Below, one piece after another: positions 37,329 to 47,583 of a stretch of DNA of 64,000 nucleotides. Origin of the DNA: Candidatus Thorarchaeota archaeon (GTDB lineage: Archaea > Asgardarchaeota > Thorarchaeia > Thorarchaeales > Thorarchaeaceae); the NCBI GenBank assembly GCA_048882485.1, contig JBHLRP010000003.1, positions 32,001-96,000 on the forward strand, in the 5' to 3' direction. The translations under genes were made by a program, and so were the position numbers. Position 1 is the first letter of the stretch, and every line of letters starts with the position of its first letter. A model generated the notes under the pieces. That model made no database searches. It was not told the origin of the DNA and worked only from the letters and a program-made list of their open reading frames with translations.

Positions 37329-39092
37329 ATGTCTTACACGATTTCGAGAAAGACTACTATCATCCTCATTGTGGCAGCAATTGCTGGTGCCACCCTGTTC
37401 TTTGTAGCTCCCGCTGAGATTCAGCCTGGCGATTATGATGTCCTTCTAATTGTTGATGCTCCTGATGATAGAATCGAATACTTGTTTAGTGTTTCATTTG
37501 TCACCGATGGTGACACCTCCGACTCCACCTATTTCGTGACAGGTGCTTATACGAACCTGTCAGTATCTGCAACCACACAGATCCCAATCGCACCTACGAG
37601 CAAGCTGTCCATAGTGGTTGAAGCTGAGGGCAGTCCAATAAATGCCCACATGATTCACCTGGTCTTGTCCAATAATGAGGGTTTCATTGAGATTGTGAGG
37701 TGTTCACGGCAGTCTGGTCAAGTATTCCATCTTGAATATCAACCACTTGTTCGATCGCAAAATGCTGTAATGATTCTGGGAGTTGTTGCGATACTATGGT
37801 TCACTGAGGGCATCAGTCTTGTAGCAACTTCTCTACTAATTCCTATCCTAATCGTTCTATCTGATATCCGTACACCTAGTGCTGCTCTTGCACCGTTCTT
37901 TGACCCAGCTGTTGCACTCATCTTTGGAGGTTTCTTGATAGGCAGAGCTCTGACGAAATATGAACTGGATAAGCGACTGGCTCTTCTTATCCTTTCAAAA
38001 GGAGAGGGTACGGGTTCGGGATTGCTCCTTACAGTCATGGGCATAACTGCTTTCCTATCTATGTGGATAAGCAACACCGCTTCAGCTGCAATCATGATTC
38101 CAATAGCACTCGCGGTTATCTCTCGAATTCGGAACATGGAAGTTCAAGAGAAATACGGGAAAGCGCTGGTCTTGGGAGTAGCATATTCTGCCACACTCGG
38201 CGGAGTAGCAAGTCTAGTAGGGTCTCCGCCAAATCCACTTGCAGCTACATACATCACGTCCTTTCTGGGCATTGAGTTCTCATTCATGAGCTGGCTGCCC
38301 TTTGGAGTGCCTGTTGTTCTCATCATGCTGCCGCTCATATGGCAATGGATACTATTCAGATTCAAAGTACCGAGAGCCATTGACGAGATTCGTGATTTGA
38401 AGGATGTTTCACTCAAGGAGTATCTCAAACTCGGCCCTCTGTCACTACAGCAAAAGCTAGTTGTTGCAGTTTTTGCCAGTGTTGTCATTCTATGGCTCAC
38501 AGAAACGATCCCCGACTTTGTGGCATCTTTCATTGGATGGGGCGGACATGGCATTCACAGTTCAATAGTTGCTCTAATAGGTGGTCTATCGCTGCTCATT
38601 CTTCGACTTTTGGATGAGAAGGATGTTTCATCTGAGATCAACTGGGGGTCATTGATGATATTGGGAAGCGGCATTGCGCTGGGGGGTGCTATGATTGATA
38701 CTGGCCTATCGACTTTTCTTGCTGGTCAGATGAGTGGCCTTCTGGTTTTGCCCCCGACACTGGTTATAGTCGTTATAGGCATCATACCAGTGCTTGTTAC
38801 AATGGTTGCATCAAACACTGGAGCGGCGGTGATTCTCATTCCAATAGCTATACCCTTAGCCACGGGATTGGGGATTGACCCAGTCTTGATCACAATGATC
38901 ATCGCAATCGCGGTGTCAATGGACTTCGCCCTTCCGACAGGAACTCCTCCGTCTACGATTGCATATAGTACTGGAAAGGTGGAGATGAGAGAGATGATAA
39001 CAACAGGTCTAGTGGTAGACTTGATGGCTGTTTTAATCATCACAATCCTAGTCGTGTGGCTCTGGGGAATATTGGGGCTTGTTATCCTCTGA
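37329..39092 (+). CDS. DASS/SLC13 Na+-coupled anion symporter with extra N-terminal soluble domain
   Basis: LSMWISNTA, GSPPN, ASNTG, LPTGTPP; ATG 37329 after GGAGG. Confidence 0.93.
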   Translation: MSYTISRKTTIILIVAAIAGATLFFVAPAEIQPGDYDVLLIVDAPDDRIEYLFSVSFVTDGDTSDSTYFVTGAYTNLSVSATTQIPIAPTSKLSIVVEAEGSPINAHMIHLVLSNNEGFIEIVRCSRQSGQVFHLEYQPLVRSQNAVMILGVVAILWFTEGISLVATSLLIPILIVLSDIRTPSAALAPFFDPAVALIFGGFLIGRALTKYELDKRLALLILSKGEGTGSGLLLTVMGITAFLSMWISNTASAAIMIPIALAVISRIRNMEVQEKYGKALVLGVAYSATLGGVASLVGSPPNPLAATYITSFLGIEFSFMSWLPFGVPVVLIMLPLIWQWILFRFKVPRAIDEIRDLKDVSLKEYLKLGPLSLQQKLVVAVFASVVILWLTETIPDFVASFIGWGGHGIHSSIVALIGGLSLLILRLLDEKDVSSEINWGSLMILGSGIALGGAMIDTGLSTFLAGQMSGLLVLPPTLVIVVIGIIPVLVTMVASNTGAAVILIPIAIPLATGLGIDPVLITMIIAIAVSMDFALPTGTPPSTIAYSTGKVEMREMITTGLVVDLMAVLIITILVVWLWGILGLVIL

Positions 39093-39165
39093 ATGGTGGT
39101 ACAATTGGCAAATTCACGGCAGGTTTAAATCGAATGAACAGCCCAGCACCAATTCGTGACTAAGG

Positions 39166-39948
39166 ATGAATTGGTTGGCAAAAATAATCGCTGGAAATGC
39201 TGATGAGTACTCGAAGGCAAAGCTTGTCAAATATGGGATTGGAACTCATCCTGGCCCTCGAGCAAAGATTGCATTAAGCAAGGGTAGGATAACGTTCAAG
39301 GCTGATCTAGATTTTGAGAAAGTATTCACACGGGCGTACGTCAAGGGTGCACCAGAAGGGAATCATAAGATTAAAGGGATTGTGAGAAGCTACACTGATC
39401 GTACTGCAGAATTTGGCCAGATAATGATGCCTTTGTCTTGGAAAAGATCAAAGGGAAAACTGGCGAGCATATATAATGCCAAGCTAGATGAGGTGGCGCC
39501 TCTCGAGCATATTCGCGATTTAATTAATGTTGATGGACCTACAACTTTCTTCCTTGTATCATTGAATCCACGAGATGGCACAAAGCCATGGAAGGTTACG
39601 ACAAAGACTTCATTTCCGAAGGGAGGAGCTCCAGGAGAAGATGACGATGAGGAGGAAGGTTCGAAGGAGAAAGATCCTGTCTTCACTAAGGGGGCTCTAG
39701 CAAATACGCCGGAAATTCTGGATTATGTACTTGGGGAAGTCATACCCGATCTTAAAGATAAGGTAGGCCCTAATTGCAAGAAGTTATCGGTTGCCAATAC
39801 AATCGTCATTGAGGATATTATACCCCCAGATGATCCCAGTCTTTCTTTCGCTGAGAAGAGGAAGCTCGCAAAGAAACGTGGCAAGATAATACGAAAAATC
39901 ACTATCGATGATGAACAACATGCAAAGGAGGTCGACTTCTTTGTTTGA
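39166..39948 (+). CDS. Hypothetical basic protein
   Basis: 260-aa ORF; TTTAAA box upstream; C-terminal AKKRGKIIRKITID. Confidence 0.8.
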   Translation: MNWLAKIIAGNADEYSKAKLVKYGIGTHPGPRAKIALSKGRITFKADLDFEKVFTRAYVKGAPEGNHKIKGIVRSYTDRTAEFGQIMMPLSWKRSKGKLASIYNAKLDEVAPLEHIRDLINVDGPTTFFLVSLNPRDGTKPWKVTTKTSFPKGGAPGEDDDEEEGSKEKDPVFTKGALANTPEILDYVLGEVIPDLKDKVGPNCKKLSVANTIVIEDIIPPDDPSLSFAEKRKLAKKRGKIIRKITIDDEQHAKEVDFFV

Positions 39949-40020
39949 GCGATTGACCGTGACCTTTTTATTGCTACGCCCATCGGCGGAGGCGAACACG
40001 TCCAGAGAGAGGTCAGACTA

Positions 40021-40221
40021 ATGCTACAGACTGCACTATCAAACCTACTCATTGTTTCTCTGTTACTCATCTTTTTCGGAGTTTTCGCTTTCGGTTGGCT
40101 TGTTGTTCACGTAGAACATAGTCGACACCGCTCAACTGTGAAAATTGCACTTGCATTAATATTGGGCGCAGTTCTGATTGGATTTGGTCTTCATTTCTTT
40201 CTTATAGCCTCAGGGATCTAG
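40021..40221 (+). CDS. Small 2-TM membrane protein
   Basis: GAGGT before ATG; two TM helices with a His-rich loop. Confidence 0.75.
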   Translation: MLQTALSNLLIVSLLLIFFGVFAFGWLVVHVEHSRHRSTVKIALALILGAVLIGFGLHFFLIASGI

Positions 40222-40368
40222 TCTAGAAACAAGACATTCCGATACGTATGATTTGTTTCCTCATCGATGTTCTATTGGTCCACATAACACATATTTGGCC
40301 TCTTCTTGAGTTCTCACTGTTAGACCATCCACCTAACTAAGCAAATCGCCTGATAGAGGAGTTCTCAA

Positions 40369-41559
40369 TTGCTACAAGATCCCGATCTCGAGAAACTTGC
40401 AGTAGAATCTCGCCAGAGATTGGTTCAGGAGTTTGCTGAAACTCATGCGGATCTTCGTGAGCGGTCACGCAGAATCCCCACTAGCGAGGCTCATCAGCTC
40501 GCGGACAATCTGTCCTGTCCTTTTCAGATAGCCACTCTGGCCTACCTCATCGATATGGATGGTGTTTTGAGCGCAAGAGAAGCAGTAAATCTATTCTCAG
40601 CAGAACTCGAGCGCCTTGCATCTGTTGGCGAAGAGGTTCCCAACCTCCCTGGAAACGTCATGGAGTTTGCCCTTGCGGAAGGACGATGGATTGAGTATAT
40701 CTACGGCAAGTTCATCAGGGAAATGGAAGTGAAAGTTAGGGAGTTGGCAAATGCAGAGGGTTTCTTGGAAGAGGAATCACCTGCAGTTGAGAAAGCAGTT
40801 GCGCTCATATTGTCGCGTAGCAAGGTAGCTGAAATATTTGTCGCTCCTCTTGTGGAAGCATGGTTGAGTGAACACAAGAAGTCCACCAGTGAAGATATGT
40901 TGATGCTGGTAGGTCCCGCCCTCACAAAATGGAAAAAGAGCACGCTTAGGGGAAAACTGTCACATCTACAGAGACGTAGTCAAGCATTCTTCAGAAAGCT
41001 TAGTGTGATTCTCTCTTCAGACACTTCAGAGTCCGCCACAGTCGACCTCTGGACAAAAAGGCTGAATGAATTGGTTGAGGCATTAGGAAGGCCGCTTAAT
41101 CAGATGTCTATTAGTGCTGCTGCACATCTTTTGGTGCACATCGCGCCAAGAAAAATCGGGAGAGGTGACAAATCTCCGTATGTCGCTGTGAGTGCAGCAT
41201 CAACAAGGGGTAATAAAGCTGAACCGGACCTTAGCTCTCCGTTTGATTTCTTGGAACGCGATGTTCTTCTGGCAAAGAGGAGACCTGTTGAAGACAGGAA
41301 TCAATTCCTGAGGGATAGGATTGGACGCGTCCTCCGATTTCTGCAACACCAGGGAAACACTGTTTCCGAGGGAGTTGAGCATGCACTAAATGAACTCGAA
41401 GATCGATTGCACCTGAAAGCTGTTCCCATGGACGAACTCGTAGAAAAATGCCAGACGGAGCTCGCTAGTGTTTCGGTGGACATGCAGGAAGAAGTTGCTG
41501 TCAAGCAGTTACTCAACTACATCACTATTTACGCCTACGGAGAGATGCCACCATCATGA
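40369..41559 (+). CDS. Hypothetical alpha-helical protein
   Basis: 396-aa ORF, GAGGAG before TTG. Confidence 0.8.
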   Translation: MLQDPDLEKLAVESRQRLVQEFAETHADLRERSRRIPTSEAHQLADNLSCPFQIATLAYLIDMDGVLSAREAVNLFSAELERLASVGEEVPNLPGNVMEFALAEGRWIEYIYGKFIREMEVKVRELANAEGFLEEESPAVEKAVALILSRSKVAEIFVAPLVEAWLSEHKKSTSEDMLMLVGPALTKWKKSTLRGKLSHLQRRSQAFFRKLSVILSSDTSESATVDLWTKRLNELVEALGRPLNQMSISAAAHLLVHIAPRKIGRGDKSPYVAVSAASTRGNKAEPDLSSPFDFLERDVLLAKRRPVEDRNQFLRDRIGRVLRFLQHQGNTVSEGVEHALNELEDRLHLKAVPMDELVEKCQTELASVSVDMQEEVAVKQLLNYITIYAYGEMPPS

Positions 41560-42326
41560 CTAATGAGGCACTATACTGGCTTCTGGATATCGAAGCCTAT
41601 GACTTCAACATCGGGGTTTTAAAAGACACCGACTTGAAAGGAAAGGCTCTAATGGTTTCCCGTCAGCTATGGTCGGTTATTCGTGAGGACAAGGTTCTGT
41701 CCGTGTTGATAGGACCTGGCATTTTCAAAGGGACTGCAGTCAGTGGCAACATTCGTGTTGATGTCGTAGAGAAGCTTGCCGCACTCATTTTCGACCCAAC
41801 TCAGATGAGGTACGACGAACCCGTACCAACGGTCGATATCATCAATCCAGAGGTCATCGATCCTCTTGGTGCCAAGAAGCAAGAGGAGATAGTCACGATT
41901 ATACGCAAGCTTGTTGTTGAAAAAGGAAATGTCATGGCAGCAGACCCTCTTGCTAAAGTTAAGCAGAGAGGGAGCGTTCCTCAGATGGCACATTATGATG
42001 AAATGATACGAAAAATCGATGTTTCACACGTTTCTGGAGTACAAAGGGCAAGGTTCATCCTTGCAGGTACAAATAGCCCAATGTATAGACCCTTTGCAGA
42101 TTCCTTTCAGAAGCGAGGTTATATCCAAGCTGATCGTCTGAAGGTAATGGCAACACCATTTCTCAAGTTCAGTAGCTTTGTTGACATTGAGGTCATGTCT
42201 GATTGGATGATTGTCGAGAAAGCTGGAATTGATAGCAAGACAGGAATCGAAGCAATGAGAGATGAGTACGATGCAACCTTATTGCAGGTAAAAGAGAATG
42301 AGCAAGCGTTCATTTTCGAAGCGTGA
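41556..42326 (+). CDS. Hypothetical protein
   Basis: 256-aa ORF with ATGA overlap to the upstream gene. Confidence 0.8.
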   Translation: MTNEALYWLLDIEAYDFNIGVLKDTDLKGKALMVSRQLWSVIREDKVLSVLIGPGIFKGTAVSGNIRVDVVEKLAALIFDPTQMRYDEPVPTVDIINPEVIDPLGAKKQEEIVTIIRKLVVEKGNVMAADPLAKVKQRGSVPQMAHYDEMIRKIDVSHVSGVQRARFILAGTNSPMYRPFADSFQKRGYIQADRLKVMATPFLKFSSFVDIEVMSDWMIVEKAGIDSKTGIEAMRDEYDATLLQVKENEQAFIFEA

Positions 42327-42381
42327 TTGCACCGAAAGAGTCTTTGATGTATCGTCAGCCCATAGATTTGAGGACTCCTAA

Positions 42382-45009
42382 TTGGAAGTAGCAGATGCCG
42401 ACGTTCAGAAGCAGCTTGCTAAGCCCTACACCATTTTGCTCCGCGCAGGCAAGCAAGATATGACTACTCGAGTTGAGGTGTTCTCAGACGTTCTTTTGGA
42501 CAGACAGAGATCCAAGCTTGCAGGATTGATTGAGTATGGCTACAAGCAATCAGGCCTTCTGGAAATCAAGCGGTTCTGGTTTGTGAAGTATAACAAGCCT
42601 GTCTATTACCAGCCAAAGGAAGCGCATGAGATTATCAGGAAATCTAAGAACATAATCGTTCCACGTTCTCAAAAGCCCGCCTTCACGAAGGACCTCTCAG
42701 ACCTTGTAAAACGGCTCAATGCGCCCAAGCTTCGTATCATTCCTGTTTGTGAGAGTTGTGTGCGGGACAATAGGCTCACGGTTCTGACTCGTCGCAACGC
42801 AGTGAAGGTTTCTAAAACTGAGGTGTCTTGCACAACGTGTGCCAGAACAGATTTGCGAACCGACCTGAAGAGTATGGGGGTCAATTTGTCGAAGATTATG
42901 ATTCAGCATCTAGAGAGACAGCTCTCAACTGTAAAGTCAGTACCAAGGTTGCTTGAGGTGCTTTCGCCAAACTTTGATCCTGCAAGAGAAACTGACCTGA
43001 CTCTATTCGACCAGATTTCTGGTGAAGAGATTGGAAAAGGCCGCAAGATTGAATCTCTTCCTATTCCTTCGGAGCTAGCCACTGTCATTACCTCTGAGGG
43101 TCTGGAGCGGCTCTTGCCAGTTCAGGAACTCGTAATTGATGCTGGCCTTCTGAAAGGGGCAAGTCTCTTGATTGTTTCTTCCACCTCTTCTGGAAAGACA
43201 CTACTTGCTGAGCTAGCGGGGATTCCAAAAGCTATGCAGAAGAAAAAGATGATTTACCTATCGCCTTTGGTTGCGCTAACCAATGAGAAGTACGAGCTAT
43301 TTAGGAAACGCTACAAGAAGCTTGGAGTGCGGGTTGGCATCAGAGTAGGCATGTCCCGACTTGATGTAGGAAAAGAAGAGCGCGTGATTGTTGATACTGA
43401 TGTCGCAAAAGCAGATGTCATATGCGCCACATATGAAGCTCTCGACCTGATTTTCAGATCAGCGGAAACACAGAAGCTCGGTCAAATCGGGACCGTCGTG
43501 ATTGACGAAATCCAGATGCTTGCGGACCCTGAAAGAGGTCCAGAGCTTGATGGCCTTATTTCTAGACTCAGATTTCATGCTCCAAAGGCTCAGATACTTG
43601 CATTATCCGCTACTGTGGGAGAGCCGAACCAACTTGGTAAAGAGCTTGGTCTGCACCTCGTTAATTATACCGGTCGTCCGGTTCCTCTTGAACGGCATGT
43701 GGTCTTTTCGAGAAGTGATGATGATAAACGCAGAATTATCCAGCGCCTGGTGAAAGAAGAGTTCCGGCATAAAAGCAGCATGGGCAACAAAGGCCAGTCT
43801 ATCATATTCACTTATTCTAGAAGAAGAGCCCACTCTCTAAGTGATTGGCTGCACGAGCATGGTGTATCAAGCACAATCTATCATGGTGGATTATCGTATT
43901 CACACAGACGAAGGATTGAGAGAGCTTACGCTAAGCAGAGGTATGCATGTGTTGTAACCACTGCCGCTCTTGGTGCTGGAGTTGATTTGCCTGCATCACA
44001 AGTAATCTTTGAATCATTGGCGATGGGTGCAGAATGGCTTTCGATAGCTGAGTTCGAACAGATGCTTGGTCGTGCAGGCCGCTTGGGCAAACATGACCGC
44101 GGGCGTGTATACCTCATTGTTCAGCCAGAAAAGAAGTACCATGCAGGCCTTGATGGTTATGAGGATGAAATCGCGGCTAAATTGCTAAATGGAGATATTG
44201 AGGCTGTAGAACCATTTGCTGATACTGAGATGTGCGCCGAACAAATTCTTGCGACAATCTGTTCAACCGGGCTTGTTGATTTGAAGGAAATTGCACGTTC
44301 CTATTTGAAGATGCTCTCTTCATCAGTCCCGCCCTCCGATGCACTGAAGCATTTAGTTAAGACACACATGATTCGAATTAGGCAGGGTGGAGCATATCCC
44401 ACCAAACTAGGAAGAGCAACATCGCTTTCATTCCTGACACCAAGCCAAGGGTATGACATTCAGAAAATGGCCGGTCAATATGATGTGCTAGATATGGCCA
44501 TCTCGCTAGAGCCTTTTCAGAATGTATATCTCACAAATAAGCTCCAAGCTGAAGTTAATGCTGCATTCAGGACCTTCATGCCGACTAGACTATTCTCAGG
44601 CATTTTCTCTGATGTCACGAGTCTTAGCGGAAGTCATGGAGCGGCTGGAAGGTTGCCAAAATGGGTGTTCGAAGTGTTTTCTCGATGGATAAGCCAATTC
44701 TTCAATTGCAAGTGCAAAGAATATCCTGAATGTGATCATGGTAAGATTGCATTTGGTCGATGGATGGTTGCTCAGAGGAAAGAAGGATTGAATCCGTCCA
44801 GTATTGCACGTCTATTGAGAAAGGATTTTGAGTTGTGGGCTTACCCTGGTGATATTTTTTCATGGCTTGACTCGTTGATTCATAGTCTCAAAGCGGTTCG
44901 CAGAATTGCTGAGGTCGCAGGAGAGACCGATATCACTGTAGAAGTCGATGGGCAAATTGCTAGAATTGAACGTCCTTTGGAATCCACCAAGAAGGAACAG
45001 GGAGAGTAA
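42382..45009 (+). CDS. Archaea-specific Ski2-like SF2 helicase (ASH-Ski2/COG1202 type)
   Basis: LLPVQ, SSTSSGKT, PLVAL.NEKY, DEIQ, LSAT, RPVPLERH, YHGGL, QMLGRAGR; N-terminal CxxC..CxxC and C-terminal C.C...P.C. Confidence 0.9.
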   Translation: MEVADADVQKQLAKPYTILLRAGKQDMTTRVEVFSDVLLDRQRSKLAGLIEYGYKQSGLLEIKRFWFVKYNKPVYYQPKEAHEIIRKSKNIIVPRSQKPAFTKDLSDLVKRLNAPKLRIIPVCESCVRDNRLTVLTRRNAVKVSKTEVSCTTCARTDLRTDLKSMGVNLSKIMIQHLERQLSTVKSVPRLLEVLSPNFDPARETDLTLFDQISGEEIGKGRKIESLPIPSELATVITSEGLERLLPVQELVIDAGLLKGASLLIVSSTSSGKTLLAELAGIPKAMQKKKMIYLSPLVALTNEKYELFRKRYKKLGVRVGIRVGMSRLDVGKEERVIVDTDVAKADVICATYEALDLIFRSAETQKLGQIGTVVIDEIQMLADPERGPELDGLISRLRFHAPKAQILALSATVGEPNQLGKELGLHLVNYTGRPVPLERHVVFSRSDDDKRRIIQRLVKEEFRHKSSMGNKGQSIIFTYSRRRAHSLSDWLHEHGVSSTIYHGGLSYSHRRRIERAYAKQRYACVVTTAALGAGVDLPASQVIFESLAMGAEWLSIAEFEQMLGRAGRLGKHDRGRVYLIVQPEKKYHAGLDGYEDEIAAKLLNGDIEAVEPFADTEMCAEQILATICSTGLVDLKEIARSYLKMLSSSVPPSDALKHLVKTHMIRIRQGGAYPTKLGRATSLSFLTPSQGYDIQKMAGQYDVLDMAISLEPFQNVYLTNKLQAEVNAAFRTFMPTRLFSGIFSDVTSLSGSHGAAGRLPKWVFEVFSRWISQFFNCKCKEYPECDHGKIAFGRWMVAQRKEGLNPSSIARLLRKDFELWAYPGDIFSWLDSLIHSLKAVRRIAEVAGETDITVEVDGQIARIERPLESTKKEQGE

Positions 45010-45011
45010 TT

Positions 45012-45266
45012 CTACTTCTTGGGTTTATCTATCTCAAACCGTACTCTGATATTGTCAATTGACTCTGGATCCATCGTGTCGAGGTTCAAGTCAAGCCAGT
45101 AGTGAAGGTCTCTTCTGATGGCTTCTTTCTGAGCCAATTCAGGGGGAAGATCAAGAGGCCTCTCGGTTGCCATTTTGAAATGTGAGCACCCACATGTACA
45201 GGCGCCGTCAAGGACTATGTCAATGTCATCAGTAGTCTTGCCGCAGTTCCTACATTGGAAAATCAT
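45012..45266 (-). CDS. Zn-ribbon protein (DUF2072/OapC-like N-terminus)
   Basis: QCRNCG...LDGACTCG..HF. Confidence 0.7.
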   Translation of the reverse strand: MIFQCRNCGKTTDDIDIVLDGACTCGCSHFKMATERPLDLPPELAQKEAIRRDLHYWLDLNLDTMDPESIDNIRVRFEIDKPKK

Positions 45267-45388
45267 AGTTGTCTCCTAGGATTCGTGGCGTCAACTGTCT
45301 ATGAGGCTTAGTACTCCATGCGTATTACTTACATACTCGGAAAGGGATTACACTTATCTGTCACATCTTCCCGCCAGATTTCAGGGGC

Positions 45389-45655
45389 GTGACTAACCAG
45401 ATGGCAAAATCTTGTGCTGCATGCCGTGCTAAGTCGAAGATTCGATGCGACCGATGCAGAAACGAATTTTGTCACGACCACGCGATCAAGTGCCATTCAT
45501 GCGGGACAATCACATGTATCCGAGACCTCAACTACAAAAATGAATGCCCCACTTGTGGAAAGAGTCTTGAGATATGCCCAGAATGTCTAATCAATGGAAA
45601 GGTTGTTCGCACAATAGCAGGTTCCATTTGTCCAGAATGCGGCTGGACTGGCTAG
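45389..45655 (+). CDS. Small multi-Zn-finger protein
   Basis: 14 Cys in 88 aa: six CxxC, one CxxH, one CxxD. Confidence 0.8.
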   Translation: MTNQMAKSCAACRAKSKIRCDRCRNEFCHDHAIKCHSCGTITCIRDLNYKNECPTCGKSLEICPECLINGKVVRTIAGSICPECGWTG

Positions 45656-45900
45656 AGAAATCCGATTATCCAGATAAGAAGCAAGATAACTCCAATCGCT
45701 CCCGCCACAAGCCATCCTCTTCTTCCAAATCCCCACACAATGGGAATCGGTCCAATGAGGATCACGCCCTTACTTTCTCGATGAACTTCCTCACTAGAAG
45801 ATTCCCTTTGCATTGCAAGACAACCAGCTAGAATCAAGAGGATGCCAAGTCCCAAGATTAGGAAGCCAAGCAGTTGCGGCGCATTAAAGGTTTGAATCAT
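45652..45900 (-). CDS. DUF131/TIGR00304-type small membrane protein
   Basis: GVILIGPIPIVWG motif. Confidence 0.85.
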   Translation of the reverse strand: MIQTFNAPQLLGFLILGLGILLILAGCLAMQRESSSEEVHRESKGVILIGPIPIVWGFGRRGWLVAGAIGVILLLIWIIGFL

Positions 45901-45930
45901 AATAATCCCCAGCTAGATATTATGCAATCA

Positions 45931-46509
45931 CTACTCTTGAGCGGCTCTTGTCCTAGTGTCAAGTCTATTAACGGGCAGCTTGAATTCCATCCGTTCATAC
46001 CCTCCAACTTGCTCGCCTTCGAATGCCCAGAGCGTGATAACATCCTCATAAATCTCGTACTGAAGCATAGTGTCTATCTCAATAATCTCTGTGCCAACCG
46101 GGAATCTCCAAAGTATCTCGAAGTCATACGGGGCTTCCTCTTCTTCAAGCCATGTTTCTATCTGATTCACATCTGGCTTGAATGGAGTCGCGAAATCAAT
46201 CAAGTACACAACCGACACGACTTCAGAGCTGCCTTTCAAGAAGATATCTGCATAGCTGACTTGAGACCTCACTTTCTGCTTGTTAATCTCCACTCTCTCT
46301 TTATCCAGAAACCGCTGCATGTTGTCAACAAGCTTGACTATTTCAGCCCTGAGTAAGTCATCGTCACGTATGACTCTTCTATAGTACCCCTCAGGATCGA
46401 GGTACTCATAGCAAAGACGTTCATGGATTTCTCCCGAGTGTGAAACAGAAAACAGGGAGTCTGCGTGAATTGGCTCAACCATCTCTGACATAAATTTCTC
46501 CATTTTCAC
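45931..46509 (-). CDS. Hypothetical acidic protein
   Basis: 192-aa ORF 4 bp downstream of the MBL hydrolase gene. Confidence 0.75.
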   Translation of the reverse strand: MKMEKFMSEMVEPIHADSLFSVSHSGEIHERLCYEYLDPEGYYRRVIRDDDLLRAEIVKLVDNMQRFLDKERVEINKQKVRSQVSYADIFLKGSSEVVSVVYLIDFATPFKPDVNQIETWLEEEEAPYDFEILWRFPVGTEIIEIDTMLQYEIYEDVITLWAFEGEQVGGYERMEFKLPVNRLDTRTRAAQE

Positions 46510-46513
46510 TCAC

Positions 46514-47518
46514 CTACTCCAACGGGACTGCGTTGAGTCCATCATCAACAAGGTGTCCCGAGAAATGAGACGCATTTCCTGTGAAGCAATAGACTACTCT
46601 TGGATTGACCTTCTTTGCGAACCTCATCAAGCCATTGAAATCGGAATGAGCACTCAGGGGGAACCCAATCTTACTCGAATCACCCAGAGTCCACCCTGAA
46701 AGCGAGTAGTGATCCATTCTATTCATGATGTCGTTGGCGGCGGTGCTGCCAATGGCACCTCGGATGTTTTTTCGTGTGTGATGAAATGAAGAACTCACAA
46801 TTGCACAGCCTTCTGAAAATAGGTGCTTTACATCTCGATGGTTCAATGAAGTATGACGTAAATCACTTCCATGTTGGTTGTAGACTTTGCAGACCTCATC
46901 GATTCTATGGTTTCCTGACACAACATTGAATCCTCCCCATTGAAGAAGTGCGATAGCTTCCTGTGCTTTCCCCAACGAGTAGGCCAGAAAGACAGGTATT
47001 CGCCCATTCTCTATAGATTCGCTTGTTGTGGTCAAGATATCATCATAGATACTCTTGCGTGATGGAAACACCCATTCCGGCGTTCCGTATGTCGCCTCTG
47101 TTATCAGTACATCTGCTGATACTGGTTTAGCTGCAGTATGCACCATACTGTCTACAACATTGTAGTCTCCGCTATAAAGGACGGATAGTCCTTCGTCGAA
47201 CTCCATGAGATACATTGAGGAACCTAGGACATGTCCAGCATTGAGAGCTGTCACTATGACTCCAAGCTGTCCAATCCTCTGGTTATATTCCAGTAACTCC
47301 ACTCGTCCTTTGACCATATGCCCTCGAGCTTTTAGTGTGTCAATCGTCGCTTTTGTCGCCACGACTCTATGGGCTTTTTCAATACCTTTGAGATGATCAG
47401 TATGTCCATGAGTTAGTAGAGTGGTTTCTCCCTTAATCCCCGTATCCAATGCGAGTCTGACATGACCATAATCAAGGATAAGACCATCTGCTTGTTTCTT
47501 GAGCTTCAGTGTGGACAT
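46514..47518 (-). CDS. MBL/beta-CASP nuclease
   Basis: THGHTDH, AGHVLGS, YSGD, EATYG, YSLGKAQE, LSAHSD; start moved to ATG 47518. Confidence 0.9.
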   Translation of the reverse strand: MSTLKLKKQADGLILDYGHVRLALDTGIKGETTLLTHGHTDHLKGIEKAHRVVATKATIDTLKARGHMVKGRVELLEYNQRIGQLGVIVTALNAGHVLGSSMYLMEFDEGLSVLYSGDYNVVDSMVHTAAKPVSADVLITEATYGTPEWVFPSRKSIYDDILTTTSESIENGRIPVFLAYSLGKAQEAIALLQWGGFNVVSGNHRIDEVCKVYNQHGSDLRHTSLNHRDVKHLFSEGCAIVSSSFHHTRKNIRGAIGSTAANDIMNRMDHYSLSGWTLGDSSKIGFPLSAHSDFNGLMRFAKKVNPRVVYCFTGNASHFSGHLVDDGLNAVPLE

Positions 47519-47583
47519 GGGAGAACCTGCAACGCACATCAGCTATATTCACAAAAGCGTTTCCCACTGAGTGTGAATACTAG

